The notes: generated from the letters alone by a model not told the origin. DNA of 64,000 bases from an uncultured Candidatus Saccharibacteria bacterium (GCA_964641225.1 CAZXKC010000003.1:1177-65176); one strand, 5' to 3'; counted from the first letter of the stretch, positions 16,655-25,496 are shown. Numbers and translations are program-made.

Positions 16655-17506
16655 TTATACTCCGCACGAGCCTCCACTGCCTCCTCCGGTTTTTGGCTGC
16701 AATGCAGCCACGACCTTTGCGTATCCGCTACCGCTGGAATACGCCGCTGACAGAATTTCTTTCGGATCTGCGTTAGCCCACGATTTATTCTGTTTTCCCA
16801 AATACTGGCCGATAATTTCGTACTGATCCGGGAACCAGAGACGGTTGACCGCTAAAGCCGTTTTGTACATTTCCTGCTCGCTGACATTTTGCGCTGCCAT
16901 GAGTTCGAGTAAGCCGAGCATTGCCATACCGTGATTGCAGTCCGGGAAGTAGGTTGAGTTGTTGCAGCAAGGCCGGTAGATATTTTTGCTAACTCCTTCT
17001 ACGAGTAATTGCTGCTGCGGAGTCAGAGTAATCATCTGGTGCATGCTGTAGTGGCTCATCGGATCGCCGACTGCGAGCGACCAGCCGCCGGTTGAAGCAA
17101 ATCCGCCTGCGTCGTTGTAGCGCGGATCCATCATCGGGCCCTTTTCTAAGATTTGGTTTTTATTTGCCAGCCCGAATGCCCAGAACACATTAAGCATTTC
17201 ATTGGCATTTTCTTGAGTCATGACAATCTGGCTGTCCATCGGGGCGTCCAGCATCTGGCGGGCATCTGCTGACATGCCGCCGCGCTCGCTATAGACGGCA
17301 TCAAATGCTTCGCGATCAATCACGCCGAGCTTTTGCATTTGTATGCCCTTATCACCCCAGTTAATCGGTAGAGATATTGATTCAGGCGCTGAACTGTTTA
17401 CTATCTGATCAGCCACTGGCCGCTGCGTGCCTGGCGTGTACCGCAACGTACCGAAGACGACGAATGCTAGTACTGCTACAGTTATTACAATCGTTGATAT
17501 TTTCAT
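16655..17506 (-). CDS. secreted/membrane-anchored protein with RPCCNNSTYFPDCNHG Cys cluster (283 aa), unknown function
   Basis: N-terminal TM/signal; Cys motifs; Gly-rich C-terminus GGGSGGSCGV. Confidence 0.45.
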   Translation of the reverse strand: MKISTIVITVAVLAFVVFGTLRYTPGTQRPVADQIVNSSAPESISLPINWGDKGIQMQKLGVIDREAFDAVYSERGGMSADARQMLDAPMDSQIVMTQENANEMLNVFWAFGLANKNQILEKGPMMDPRYNDAGGFASTGGWSLAVGDPMSHYSMHQMITLTPQQQLLVEGVSKNIYRPCCNNSTYFPDCNHGMAMLGLLELMAAQNVSEQEMYKTALAVNRLWFPDQYEIIGQYLGKQNKSWANADPKEILSAAYSSGSGYAKVVAALQPKTGGGSGGSCGV

Positions 17507-17510
17507 ATCT

Positions 17511-17882
17511 TTAGCAGCACTCCTTCATTTTTTTCTCTAGCTCGGCCGCGTCGACTGCGCGCGCCGGTACGCTAGAATTTTTGCGGAAGAAATAGAATGC
17601 GAGCGCTACCACAACAACTGCGGCAGTACTGGTGATGAGCCACTGTTCGTAGAGTGCGGTATATACGATCAGGAATCCAATCGGAATTGCGGTCAGTTTC
17701 CAAGGCATAACACGCCCTTCATCAAGCCGCTTACTTAGCGTGTAAGTAATGCCGACGACCGAGCCGCCCATAAGCATGGCGATGAGTGAGAGGTCCACTG
17801 GATAGCCAAGGCCTCTCGCGATCAGTAATCCTATCCAGGTCGCTGAAACAAGTACGCAGATCAGACAAATGCGTAATCGCAT
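17511..17882 (-). CDS. membrane protein (123 aa), C-terminal KECC
   Basis: ORF track; 3-4 TM segments. Confidence 0.4.
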   Translation of the reverse strand: MRLRICLICVLVSATWIGLLIARGLGYPVDLSLIAMLMGGSVVGITYTLSKRLDEGRVMPWKLTAIPIGFLIVYTALYEQWLITSTAAVVVVALAFYFFRKNSSVPARAVDAAELEKKMKECC

Positions 17883-17883
17883 A

Positions 17884-18663
17884 TTAGAGGAAGAAGATTA
17901 TCGCCCCGAGTACGACCATGATGAGGCCTGCCCAGAATTTAACGCCTTTCGTATTTTCTTTTTTCCATGCCTGCATTTTATCCACGATCAATTTGTTTGC
18001 CGCAATCCACAGGACAACTGCCAGCGGAATGATCAGAATGAAGTTATAAAGCGTCAGGTAACCAAACCCGCTGAAGTAGGTCATCTTGTCATGCAGGAGC
18101 CCGATAACCATCAGGTAGGGGCCTCCCATGCACGGGAACTGGCAGATGCCGACCAAGATACCTAGTCCGAACGCCGCAGGAATCGAAGCCTTCTCCATGA
18201 GGTTTGCCATCTTACCGTGCGCGGCTGACGGCAACTTCAGTTTGATTGGGAAATTCGGGAACAGCTCTCCCAAAATGTTAATCAGGCCGAAGATCAGCAG
18301 CATTACCGCGCCGAGCTTGCCCATGAAGTGCGGCACGTTAAAGAAGTTAAGCGTCTTTAAGATGCCTAGGCCGATGAGTAAGTACGCGCTGAAGATGCCA
18401 GCGATATACGTGCCACCAATTTGCAGAATTCTTTTCCGCGTCATTTGCATACCGAACAGGAACGCGATCGTGATAAGTAGGATCGAGAAAGAGCAGGGGT
18501 GCACGCTGTCCAGCAAGGCGGCTACCAGCACGAGCGGTAGAAGCCACGCACCTTTATTGCTGATATCCCACAGGAACGAGCCAACTCCACCGCTTTGCTT
18601 GAGGAGTGTGATCCCGATGATCGCAATGACGACAATGCTAAGAGTAATAAGTAATCGCTTCAT
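17884..18663 (-). CDS. CcdA/DsbD-family transmembrane thiol:disulfide electron-transfer protein
   Basis: multi-TM with Cys in TM1 (HPCSF) and TM4 (CQFPCMGGP), typical of the DsbD_2/CcdA family. Confidence 0.6.
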   Translation of the reverse strand: MKRLLITLSIVVIAIIGITLLKQSGGVGSFLWDISNKGAWLLPLVLVAALLDSVHPCSFSILLITIAFLFGMQMTRKRILQIGGTYIAGIFSAYLLIGLGILKTLNFFNVPHFMGKLGAVMLLIFGLINILGELFPNFPIKLKLPSAAHGKMANLMEKASIPAAFGLGILVGICQFPCMGGPYLMVIGLLHDKMTYFSGFGYLTLYNFILIIPLAVVLWIAANKLIVDKMQAWKKENTKGVKFWAGLIMVVLGAIIFFL

Positions 18664-18667
18664 ACGA

Positions 18668-19162
18668 TTATGGGGTGACTACTGCTTTTATCTCGAGCTG
18701 TAAGGTGCCGGCATTTTTTGAAGCTAAGTAGACAAAGCGATCAATTGTGCCAACGCCAGCCGGACCATGTGCATTCGGATCATAGACAACATCAATCTGC
18801 CGAGTCTCGCCGGCTTTGATGAGCATATTTGCTTTTGGCACGTAGCCCATGCCAGGCATTCCGAATGGTCCCTGTTTCTCACTACCGTTTACTATGTACG
18901 CCGAGGTACACATACAGGAAGTGGTTAGGTCTTCAACGGTAATGTCTTGTGTGGTTGGATTGGTAACGTTAAAGCTGTGGCTCACGTTTCCGTTCGCCAT
19001 GGAGATGGTGCCGAAATCGTACAACAGCTCAGAAGCTGTTAAGGAACTTTTCGCGTTGGCTTGCGCTGGTGTCGGAGTCTGGGCAGCGTTACGCTGGCCC
19101 AGGAACATGACCCCGAGTAGTGCAACAACTATGAGTAATGTAATAGTAATTGTTTTGTTCAT
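18668..19162 (-). CDS. DUF1573 domain secreted protein
   Basis: signal peptide; TTSCMCTSA motif resembling the DUF1573 signature T-S-C-x-C. Confidence 0.6.
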   Translation of the reverse strand: MNKTITITLLIVVALLGVMFLGQRNAAQTPTPAQANAKSSLTASELLYDFGTISMANGNVSHSFNVTNPTTQDITVEDLTTSCMCTSAYIVNGSEKQGPFGMPGMGYVPKANMLIKAGETRQIDVVYDPNAHGPAGVGTIDRFVYLASKNAGTLQLEIKAVVTP

Positions 19163-19171
19163 GATGTTAGT

Positions 19172-19213
19172 TAGATTTGTTTCTCCGAAAAATCAAAAAC
19201 CGTTTGGGACGGT
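19172..19213. terminator. intrinsic terminator aaaccgtttgggacggttt
   Basis: hairpin with a T-run on the minus strand, downstream of the csoR operon. Confidence 0.55.
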
Positions 19214-19257
19214 TTAACGCCATGAACAAAGCGAACTATCGCTTAGACGTTCATGGC

Positions 19258-19680
19258 TTAGGCAAAGACGGCATCACCGCGCTGGCGCAGTGAGAGCCAA
19301 GAAAACAAGGAATGCAAATGAAGCGCGTATGCTATCTCAAGAAAATGCCTGCGTATAACAAGTAAACGCGATTTGAAAACTGCGCCAAGGCGTTTAAGGT
19401 CAAGTGATTCAACAAAGATCCAGGCGATAGCAAGAGTTAAGAAGAATAGTGAGGCGGCGCTTGTCATCCGCTGGAAAAATTGAGCGTGCATTTCAGTCAT
19501 GGCGAAGGGCCCTTCGTGCGGGCACAGAGCCGCCTGACCCACGGTCGCGATACAATCATTGTGGCCGCCGCCCATAGCGTGATTGCCCATAGCCGCAAAG
19601 CCAAAAACCGCGATTGCAATGAAGGCGGTTAGGGCTAAGATTGTTAGAGCCTGTTTCATGTTTTTAGTATAGTACTGCAC
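19258..19680 (-). CDS. membrane protein with GHNDC...CPHEGPF metal-binding-like motif (start possibly at MKQALTIL, 19659)
   Basis: ORF track; signal/TM plus Cys-His motifs; in operon with csoR. Confidence 0.45.
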   Translation of the reverse strand: MQYYTKNMKQALTILALTAFIAIAVFGFAAMGNHAMGGGHNDCIATVGQAALCPHEGPFAMTEMHAQFFQRMTSAASLFFLTLAIAWIFVESLDLKRLGAVFKSRLLVIRRHFLEIAYALHLHSLFSWLSLRQRGDAVFA

Positions 19681-19695
19681 TTTGAAAACAGCAAC

Positions 19696-20067
19696 TTAAG
19701 TTAATGAACGTAAAAGCTTATACCAGTAATATGCGACTATCGGAAACACTAATGATGTAATCAATCCGGGTACATATCCGCTGGCTAAAAGGGCATGAAT
19801 GGGATGACTTAATTCAAAAATGAAAATTACAAAGATAATCCAACCAAAGATTTTGCTCGGCGTCCCTGTCGTTTTCCAAAAATGAATAAGCAGGATATAA
19901 ACTACAGCCTGCACAATTAACCAAAGCGCGAGATTAGAAATACCGAGCAATTTAGCAGACCAGATAACCGAACCGTCAACGTTATGAAAGTTTGTGAAGT
20001 ATTCCTCGAGCGAATGCGCTAGGAAAGTTAATGCTGCTAATACTATTAATAAATTTTTCCGTGGCAT
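19696..20067 (-). CDS. HXXEE-domain membrane protein
   Basis: AHSLEEY motif with 4 TM helices. Confidence 0.55.
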   Translation of the reverse strand: MPRKNLLIVLAALTFLAHSLEEYFTNFHNVDGSVIWSAKLLGISNLALWLIVQAVVYILLIHFWKTTGTPSKIFGWIIFVIFIFELSHPIHALLASGYVPGLITSLVFPIVAYYWYKLLRSLT

Positions 20068-20068
20068 A

Positions 20069-20335
20069 TCACTTTCGCTTTAAGCGATACACCTTAAGGA
20101 TTTCATTTCTGATTTTAGTGCCTGCTTGCCCCTCTTTCATGTGGTCGGCGACACAGGAATCAAGATGTGCTTCGATCAAGGCATCCTCAATACCAGAAAG
20201 AGCCTGCTTAACGGCTGATGTTTGAGTAACTACATCAATACAGTAAGTGCCCTTCGCAATCATTTCCTGTAGACCGCGAACCTGCCCCTCAACGATCTTA
20301 AGGCGGCGAACCAACTTTTGTTTTGAAGAAGTCAT
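20069..20335 (-). CDS. csoR: CsoR/RcnR-family metal-sensing transcriptional repressor
   Basis: RLKIVEGQVRGLQEMI...YCIDVVTQTSAV...HLDSCV matches the CsoR (DUF156) family, including the conserved Cys and His. Confidence 0.8.
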   Translation of the reverse strand: MTSSKQKLVRRLKIVEGQVRGLQEMIAKGTYCIDVVTQTSAVKQALSGIEDALIEAHLDSCVADHMKEGQAGTKIRNEILKVYRLKRK

Positions 20336-20343
20336 AACCTAAA

Positions 20344-20362
20344 TATACCCCTAGGGGGTATA
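20344..20362. promoter_or_regulatory. CsoR-type operator palindrome TATACCCCTAGGGGGTATA
   Basis: GC-core palindrome ccccTAgggg with AT arms, 9 bp upstream of the csoR start; same architecture as characterised CsoR operators. Confidence 0.65.
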
Positions 20363-20504
20363 AAGATCAAGGCTCAGTGATTGTGACTGATTATTTTCTA
20401 AGTGTGATGGTTTTACGGGTCAGTACCAACTTACTCCTCAAGTCCCTATTTAAAGTAATTGATCTAAAAACCGACAATGAGACCATTAAGTATTTTTGTA
20501 TCTA

Positions 20505-21023
20505 TTACTCGCAGAATGACCAATTGTTTTCGTAGTCATCTGCAATTGGTGTTGGAATAGGATAGTGCTCATTCTTCACGCCAATCCTAAATGTGCGCAT
20601 AGCATTCGGATTGCCCTTGTCCGTACCGCGCGCCCTCCAATGCTTGTGCTCTGCGGAAACATACTCAGCTACCACCTTGTTTGGAACAATAAAAAATCTA
20701 TATTTCGTGCCATCCTTTGCTGAGTCAATATGCACAAAACAGTAGAGCAAGTTCTCATCTTCAATTTTTTCGTGCTTTTCACCCATCATCCAATACATAG
20801 CAAGACCAAATAGTTTTGAGTTCGAGGGCTTGCTCCGGGCGCTTCCGTGGCTCGTTTTTACTTCAAGACGATACATCTTTTTCGTTCTAGGATTTGAAAC
20901 CAAAATATCAACATTTTTCGTATTTCCAAGAGTCATATTTGCGTTTACATCGCGCAATGCCAACTCTGATAGAACAGCAAACTCACCAGCCAAGGAAACT
21001 GAATTACTTGAGAGCTTTTCCAT
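20505..21023 (-). CDS. hypothetical protein with PD-(D/E)xK-nuclease-like core (172 aa)
   Basis: pattern ...ELALRD...NVDILVSN...YRLEVKTS (D...E-x-K) is suggestive of a restriction-endonuclease fold; inference only. Confidence 0.4.
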   Translation of the reverse strand: MEKLSSNSVSLAGEFAVLSELALRDVNANMTLGNTKNVDILVSNPRTKKMYRLEVKTSHGSARSKPSNSKLFGLAMYWMMGEKHEKIEDENLLYCFVHIDSAKDGTKYRFFIVPNKVVAEYVSAEHKHWRARGTDKGNPNAMRTFRIGVKNEHYPIPTPIADDYENNWSFCE

Positions 21024-21029
21024 AGCTAA

Positions 21030-24000
21030 TTAGCTCTCTAAAAGTTTAGCGACCTGCCTCACAATAGATTTGCGATCAAATGATTCATTCAGCCAATCAA
21101 CATATTTCACACGATAGAACGTCCAGCCGGCCGACTCCAAGACACGCTGGCGCTCCTCGTCATCTTCAACATAGATGCCGTATTCCTGATCTAACTCGTT
21201 TTCAAAATGAGTTGGTCCATCACACTCAATCGCAATCTGCTTTCCGGTCCGCGTATTGGCAACAACGAAATCCAGCTTAAAGCCGCAGCTCTCAACTTGG
21301 TTTCTGATTTGATAATCCTTTTTCAGCCCTGCCTTCAAGACTGAATAGAACTCTTCCTCAAAATACGAATCAAACGGACGTAGTTCGGTTGCATAGAAAT
21401 CTATCTCGCCGTGCTTATCAACATACTCAAGATACTTTTTAATCCAAATTCCTTCAGGTATTTCGCTAACTGGCATACTGATAAAACAATGCACCTGTAG
21501 CTTGGCGCGTGAAAAAGCAACGTTCACCCTGCCGCGATTGATGTCGCCACGAATATCTCCACCTTCGCCGGTAAGGGGAAGATAACGTTTCTTTTGTGCC
21601 GGACTGCGGATAACGAATGAGTAGATGACGATATCCTTCTCGTCGCCCTGGATCCCTTCGATGATGCTGATTTTGAAATTATTCTCATCCTCTTTGTAGC
21701 CAGCCGATTCAAAAACTTGACGCAGCAGATCAGCTTGTGCGTTAAAGAAAGTCAAAATACCAACTGACTTTTTTGCCGTGCGGTCATCCTCGCGCAACTC
21801 CTTAAAGAGCTTGAGAATCTCTTCCGCTTCGGCGACATTCGCGTTGTCTGAAATCTCGCTTGAACCATCCGATTTAACCTCGTGAATCAACATCACGCGG
21901 TTAGTGTCTTTATAGGTCAGATAAGTATTATTGAGGGCTATAAGCTCATTGTCTTTCGGCTCATAGAAATACTTGTTGCTAAAGCCGATCAGCTCGCTTG
22001 GGGAGCGATAGTGATAGCGGAGCGGCACAGACAGAAACCCTCGCATTTTGGCGATATCCAATACTGACTGGACGGTCGCTTGGCTTGCCTTAATCTGCAT
22101 TTCTTCGGGTACGCTATATCGCTTAGCCAGCTCGTCGAATGAGCGGTTAGATTTGAACATTATCGTGCTGTCGCGCATTTGCTCGCTGTCGCCAACAAAG
22201 AGCGCCTGCTTAGCACGGAACATCACCGGAAGCGTATAGGCAACATTGCACTGTGAAGCCTCGTCGAGAATAACGTAATCAAACGCCGCAGGGGCAAGAG
22301 GTATGATACGGCTTGCGTCATCAAGCTCCATAATCCAGATTGGAATGAGCTCCATCACTGCATTGAAGTTGTCGGGGTCTTTGCGGAGCTTGTCGAATGT
22401 CTTAAAGGCACGTTTTGATTTGCCGAAGGATTTTGATAGGCGAGCTACGATCTGACGAATAAGCGGTCCCTGCGCCAGCTTAGTTAAGAGCGCCTTATTG
22501 ATGATATTTTCCAAGTAGAGGGCAACGCGCTCCCGCCGTTCCATTTCAGCACCCTTTATATTTTCAGCTATATCATTCGGGCTAAGTCCGATCTTACCGA
22601 TATCGCGCAATTCTTTACGGAGAACCTTCGTCCTCAAAACTTTTTCCCTTACCGCCGCAGCTCCTTCTTCTGTTTTAGCGACAACGCTATCTATGGCGCC
22701 GAACTCTTTATCGGTTAAACCAACGAGCGCAAGCGTATTCACCAGCTTTGCTTTCGCCTGCTCTAAGTTGATGCAATTTTCGTGATGTTGAAAATAGCAA
22801 TGCAGGTCTTCAAAAAACTTGCAGGCGTCATTACGTGAAATATCTTTTTTGAGTTCCTGATCTATATAGTCCCGAACCTCGCGTGGCAATTGTGTACGGA
22901 CAGATGAAAGTCGGGTGTTGCGAACGAAGTTATTGATGCCGCGTAAAAGCTGCGTGTGTCCGTCAAAACCCGAACGAGCAACATCGGCTTTGATTGCGCC
23001 TACGCAGTCAGCAAAGCTTTTCTCACGGAGATTTATTTTGCCGAACAAGCCATCAAACTCTGTCTTTCGTTCGTTCTTGGCATACTGCCGAGCAAGCTCA
23101 GTAGCACCGCCAATCATCTGTTTGAGCTTATTAATCTCAGTACGATTTGCTTCGCTAAACTGCGTGTTAAATGCAGTAGGGTCGCTTATCGGTAAATCAT
23201 ATAAGGCCAGTGCTTTTAGTTCCTGATCCAGCTTCCAAGCCTTACGCTGTACATCGATGGCGTCATTAAACTCTTTTTTGAACTTGCCTTTTAAGGTCGC
23301 CGAATGAGCTACAGAAAGAGTATCGCCAGAGACGCTCTCGCCGTGCTGGGCGATTCCAGCCTTACGTTGATAGAACTTGTAGCCGAGCGAATCAATGTGA
23401 GCTGAAAGCCCTGCGAGTTGCGGCGAAATGCCATCAGCTTCATCTTCTTCGCCAAGCTGCGCGGAGCTAGGATTTGGGATATAGCCGAACAGATATTTAA
23501 CATCTAGCTTGCGAAGCTTGTCCTTTACCACTTTAAGCGCCTGCGCCTTCTGGCTGACGAATAGGACGCGCTTACCGTGCGCGGCTAGGTGGCAGAGCAG
23601 GTTGGCGATAGTCTCGGATTTACCAGTACCCGGCGGTCCCTGCACGATTGCCCCTTTATTATTGATAACCGAAAGAACCTTGAGTTTGTACTTGTCGTAT
23701 AAAAATGGAAAGAATAAATCTTTTTCTTCGGGCACTGCCCCCTGACTACTGATCCCTTCGTTGCTACTCCAACCGACGAGAGCAGTATCTTTCATTGCAG
23801 CTTCTTCTAACTTCGCGAGTTTTTGCAAATCTTCGGCTAAGAAATAGTTAGCGCGTGGGGCTATCGCAATACGCATTTCTTCGAGCTTGAAGGAATCCTC
23901 GTCAAATTTCGCATCAGTGTGTTTCAGCACCTCTTTAATTTTATGCCAAACATCAGTGAAGATTTTCGTATCTTTAAGCGGTAAGGCGAACAACCCCTCC

Positions 24001-24602
24001 GTTTCTTTTTTACCTACATCTTCGAGCAACTGATAGTAAAGGTTTTCGCCAAGAACTGGGGCTAACACGCCGAGGTTGACCTGAATATCCTGATCGACTG
24101 AATAAACAACATACTTACCCTTATCTTCCTTCTCTATTCTCACGATCAAACTGAAAAGAGGATAGCGGTCAATCTTGGCCTGCTTTAGCGGCAGTGCAGC
24201 TTGCTCACTGCCGTTCTCAGCCGATTCAAGTTCTTCGCCTTCGAGCTCAATAGGGATTTCAATTTCAAAATAACCAAAACTGAAAACGATCTGTTTAGTG
24301 AAAGGGTCGTTGCGATATTTATTGTAGATATCCTCAATTTTACTCGCGAACGCCTTTTGCTTTTCGTACTCGTCTTTGATTTCTTTTTTAACTTCTTTCG
24401 GGTCAAGGTCATAAAAAAGCGGAAGGGCGATAGTCTCGCCCAACTCCTCATCCTCCTCGCCATTAAGCAAACCCTTCAAGTCAAAATACTTTTTGGGAAA
24501 CTCAACTGCTGATTTCTGCTGAACCGCAAAAGAGCGCTGTCGGGTTAGCTGGATGTATCCAAGGCAGTATTTGATAAACTTAGTCAGGTCGAGATCGTCC
24601 AT
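21030..24602 (-). CDS. Upf1-like SF1 helicase (AAA_11/AAA_12) with large N-terminal domain and C-terminal DUF559/Vsr-like PD-(D/E)xK nuclease domain (1190 aa)
   Basis: Walker A GPPGTGKS, motif II VILDEASQ, GDSEQ, C-terminal KLDFVVANTRTGKQIAIECDGPTHFENELDQEYGIYVEDDEERQRVLESAGWTFYRVKYVDWL resembling the DUF559 endonuclease domain. Confidence 0.75.
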   Translation of the reverse strand: MDDLDLTKFIKYCLGYIQLTRQRSFAVQQKSAVEFPKKYFDLKGLLNGEEDEELGETIALPLFYDLDPKEVKKEIKDEYEKQKAFASKIEDIYNKYRNDPFTKQIVFSFGYFEIEIPIELEGEELESAENGSEQAALPLKQAKIDRYPLFSLIVRIEKEDKGKYVVYSVDQDIQVNLGVLAPVLGENLYYQLLEDVGKKETEGLFALPLKDTKIFTDVWHKIKEVLKHTDAKFDEDSFKLEEMRIAIAPRANYFLAEDLQKLAKLEEAAMKDTALVGWSSNEGISSQGAVPEEKDLFFPFLYDKYKLKVLSVINNKGAIVQGPPGTGKSETIANLLCHLAAHGKRVLFVSQKAQALKVVKDKLRKLDVKYLFGYIPNPSSAQLGEEDEADGISPQLAGLSAHIDSLGYKFYQRKAGIAQHGESVSGDTLSVAHSATLKGKFKKEFNDAIDVQRKAWKLDQELKALALYDLPISDPTAFNTQFSEANRTEINKLKQMIGGATELARQYAKNERKTEFDGLFGKINLREKSFADCVGAIKADVARSGFDGHTQLLRGINNFVRNTRLSSVRTQLPREVRDYIDQELKKDISRNDACKFFEDLHCYFQHHENCINLEQAKAKLVNTLALVGLTDKEFGAIDSVVAKTEEGAAAVREKVLRTKVLRKELRDIGKIGLSPNDIAENIKGAEMERRERVALYLENIINKALLTKLAQGPLIRQIVARLSKSFGKSKRAFKTFDKLRKDPDNFNAVMELIPIWIMELDDASRIIPLAPAAFDYVILDEASQCNVAYTLPVMFRAKQALFVGDSEQMRDSTIMFKSNRSFDELAKRYSVPEEMQIKASQATVQSVLDIAKMRGFLSVPLRYHYRSPSELIGFSNKYFYEPKDNELIALNNTYLTYKDTNRVMLIHEVKSDGSSEISDNANVAEAEEILKLFKELREDDRTAKKSVGILTFFNAQADLLRQVFESAGYKEDENNFKISIIEGIQGDEKDIVIYSFVIRSPAQKKRYLPLTGEGGDIRGDINRGRVNVAFSRAKLQVHCFISMPVSEIPEGIWIKKYLEYVDKHGEIDFYATELRPFDSYFEEEFYSVLKAGLKKDYQIRNQVESCGFKLDFVVANTRTGKQIAIECDGPTHFENELDQEYGIYVEDDEERQRVLESAGWTFYRVKYVDWLNESFDRKSIVRQVAKLLES

Positions 24603-24885
24603 GCTATTCTTTCTATAATATCAACAAAATCAGTGTTATAACAATTTCCGCTTCCCCTTAGTGCCGGATAGGATAGTTCTACTGCTTCCTGACAGCCTAA
24701 GACTAGGGCGTCAATTGTTAAGCAAAGTAACCTGCCGAAGGTCCGGAATATAGATGGTTGTATCGTTTTTACGCTCAAAAACAGTTCTAACATCCTCTAC
24801 TACCCGACCCAGCTAGTTCAGAAGAAGAAAATCTGCTATAATTCTACTCAAGAAAGTATCGCGTAAAAGCGGTACTTTTTATTTT

Positions 24886-25488
24886 ATGCACCCAACTGGC
24901 ATTGAATTCTTCATCCACGCAAACCCGATCATCGCCTACGCAATCATCTTCCTTGGGGTCGTTATTGAAGGCGATGGAACTGTGCTCTTTGCGAGCGTAT
25001 TTGCCTGGCAGGGACTAATCAGCTGGCCACTCCTAGGGGCGGTAGTAATCATCGCGGGCATTGCAGGTGATATTTTCTGGTACAGCGCCGGTAAATATCT
25101 TAAAGGAACCAAACTCGGCTGCTGGCTCGACAAGCATTACGAAAAGGCTGGCGGCTCGGCAATCCTTGAAAAGGTAATGGCACGCTATCACTGGTATGCG
25201 GTACTGAATAAATTTATGTACTTTACGACCAAACCAACTGTGTTCCTGGTCGGCTGGCACGATTTTGAATTTAAAAAATTCCTCAGAATTACGACGTATG
25301 CAACGATCATCTGGGCTATTATCCTGCTCATCATCGGTTTTGGATTTGGTTACACGATTCACCTGATCGGCTTCAAACGCATCGTACACCGCATTGAAAT
25401 CTTTGCCGCGATTTTATTCATCGGCATTTTCATCTTGGAATGGGGGATTAAGAAAATTGTCAAAAAGGCGGAGAAGCGAATGCGATAA
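24886..25488 (+). CDS. DedA/VTT-family membrane protein
   Basis: 200 aa multi-TM with VIEGDG-containing N-terminal region typical of DedA. Confidence 0.6.
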   Translation: MHPTGIEFFIHANPIIAYAIIFLGVVIEGDGTVLFASVFAWQGLISWPLLGAVVIIAGIAGDIFWYSAGKYLKGTKLGCWLDKHYEKAGGSAILEKVMARYHWYAVLNKFMYFTTKPTVFLVGWHDFEFKKFLRITTYATIIWAIILLIIGFGFGYTIHLIGFKRIVHRIEIFAAILFIGIFILEWGIKKIVKKAEKRMR

Positions 25489-25496
25489 AAAACAAG

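Noticed and set aside
24655-24750. Possible SRP (4.5S) RNA: the intergenic region contains AGGUCCGGAA-like and GUCAGGAAGCAG-like strings
   Set aside because: The two motif halves occur on opposite logic (not collinear as in SRP domain IV, GUCAGGUCCGGAAGGAAGCAGC) and the GGAA tetraloop context is missing; most likely chance similarity in the promoter region of the helicase gene.
11300-24890. Direct repeat of the tRNA-His 3' end (attR) marking the island boundary
   Set aside because: Scanned the intergenic regions at 11.3, 13.1, 13.5, 20.4 and 24.6-24.9 kb by eye and found no copy of GGTTCGATTCCCTCTAGGCACC; cannot exclude a short (<12 nt) or degenerate att core without a computed search.
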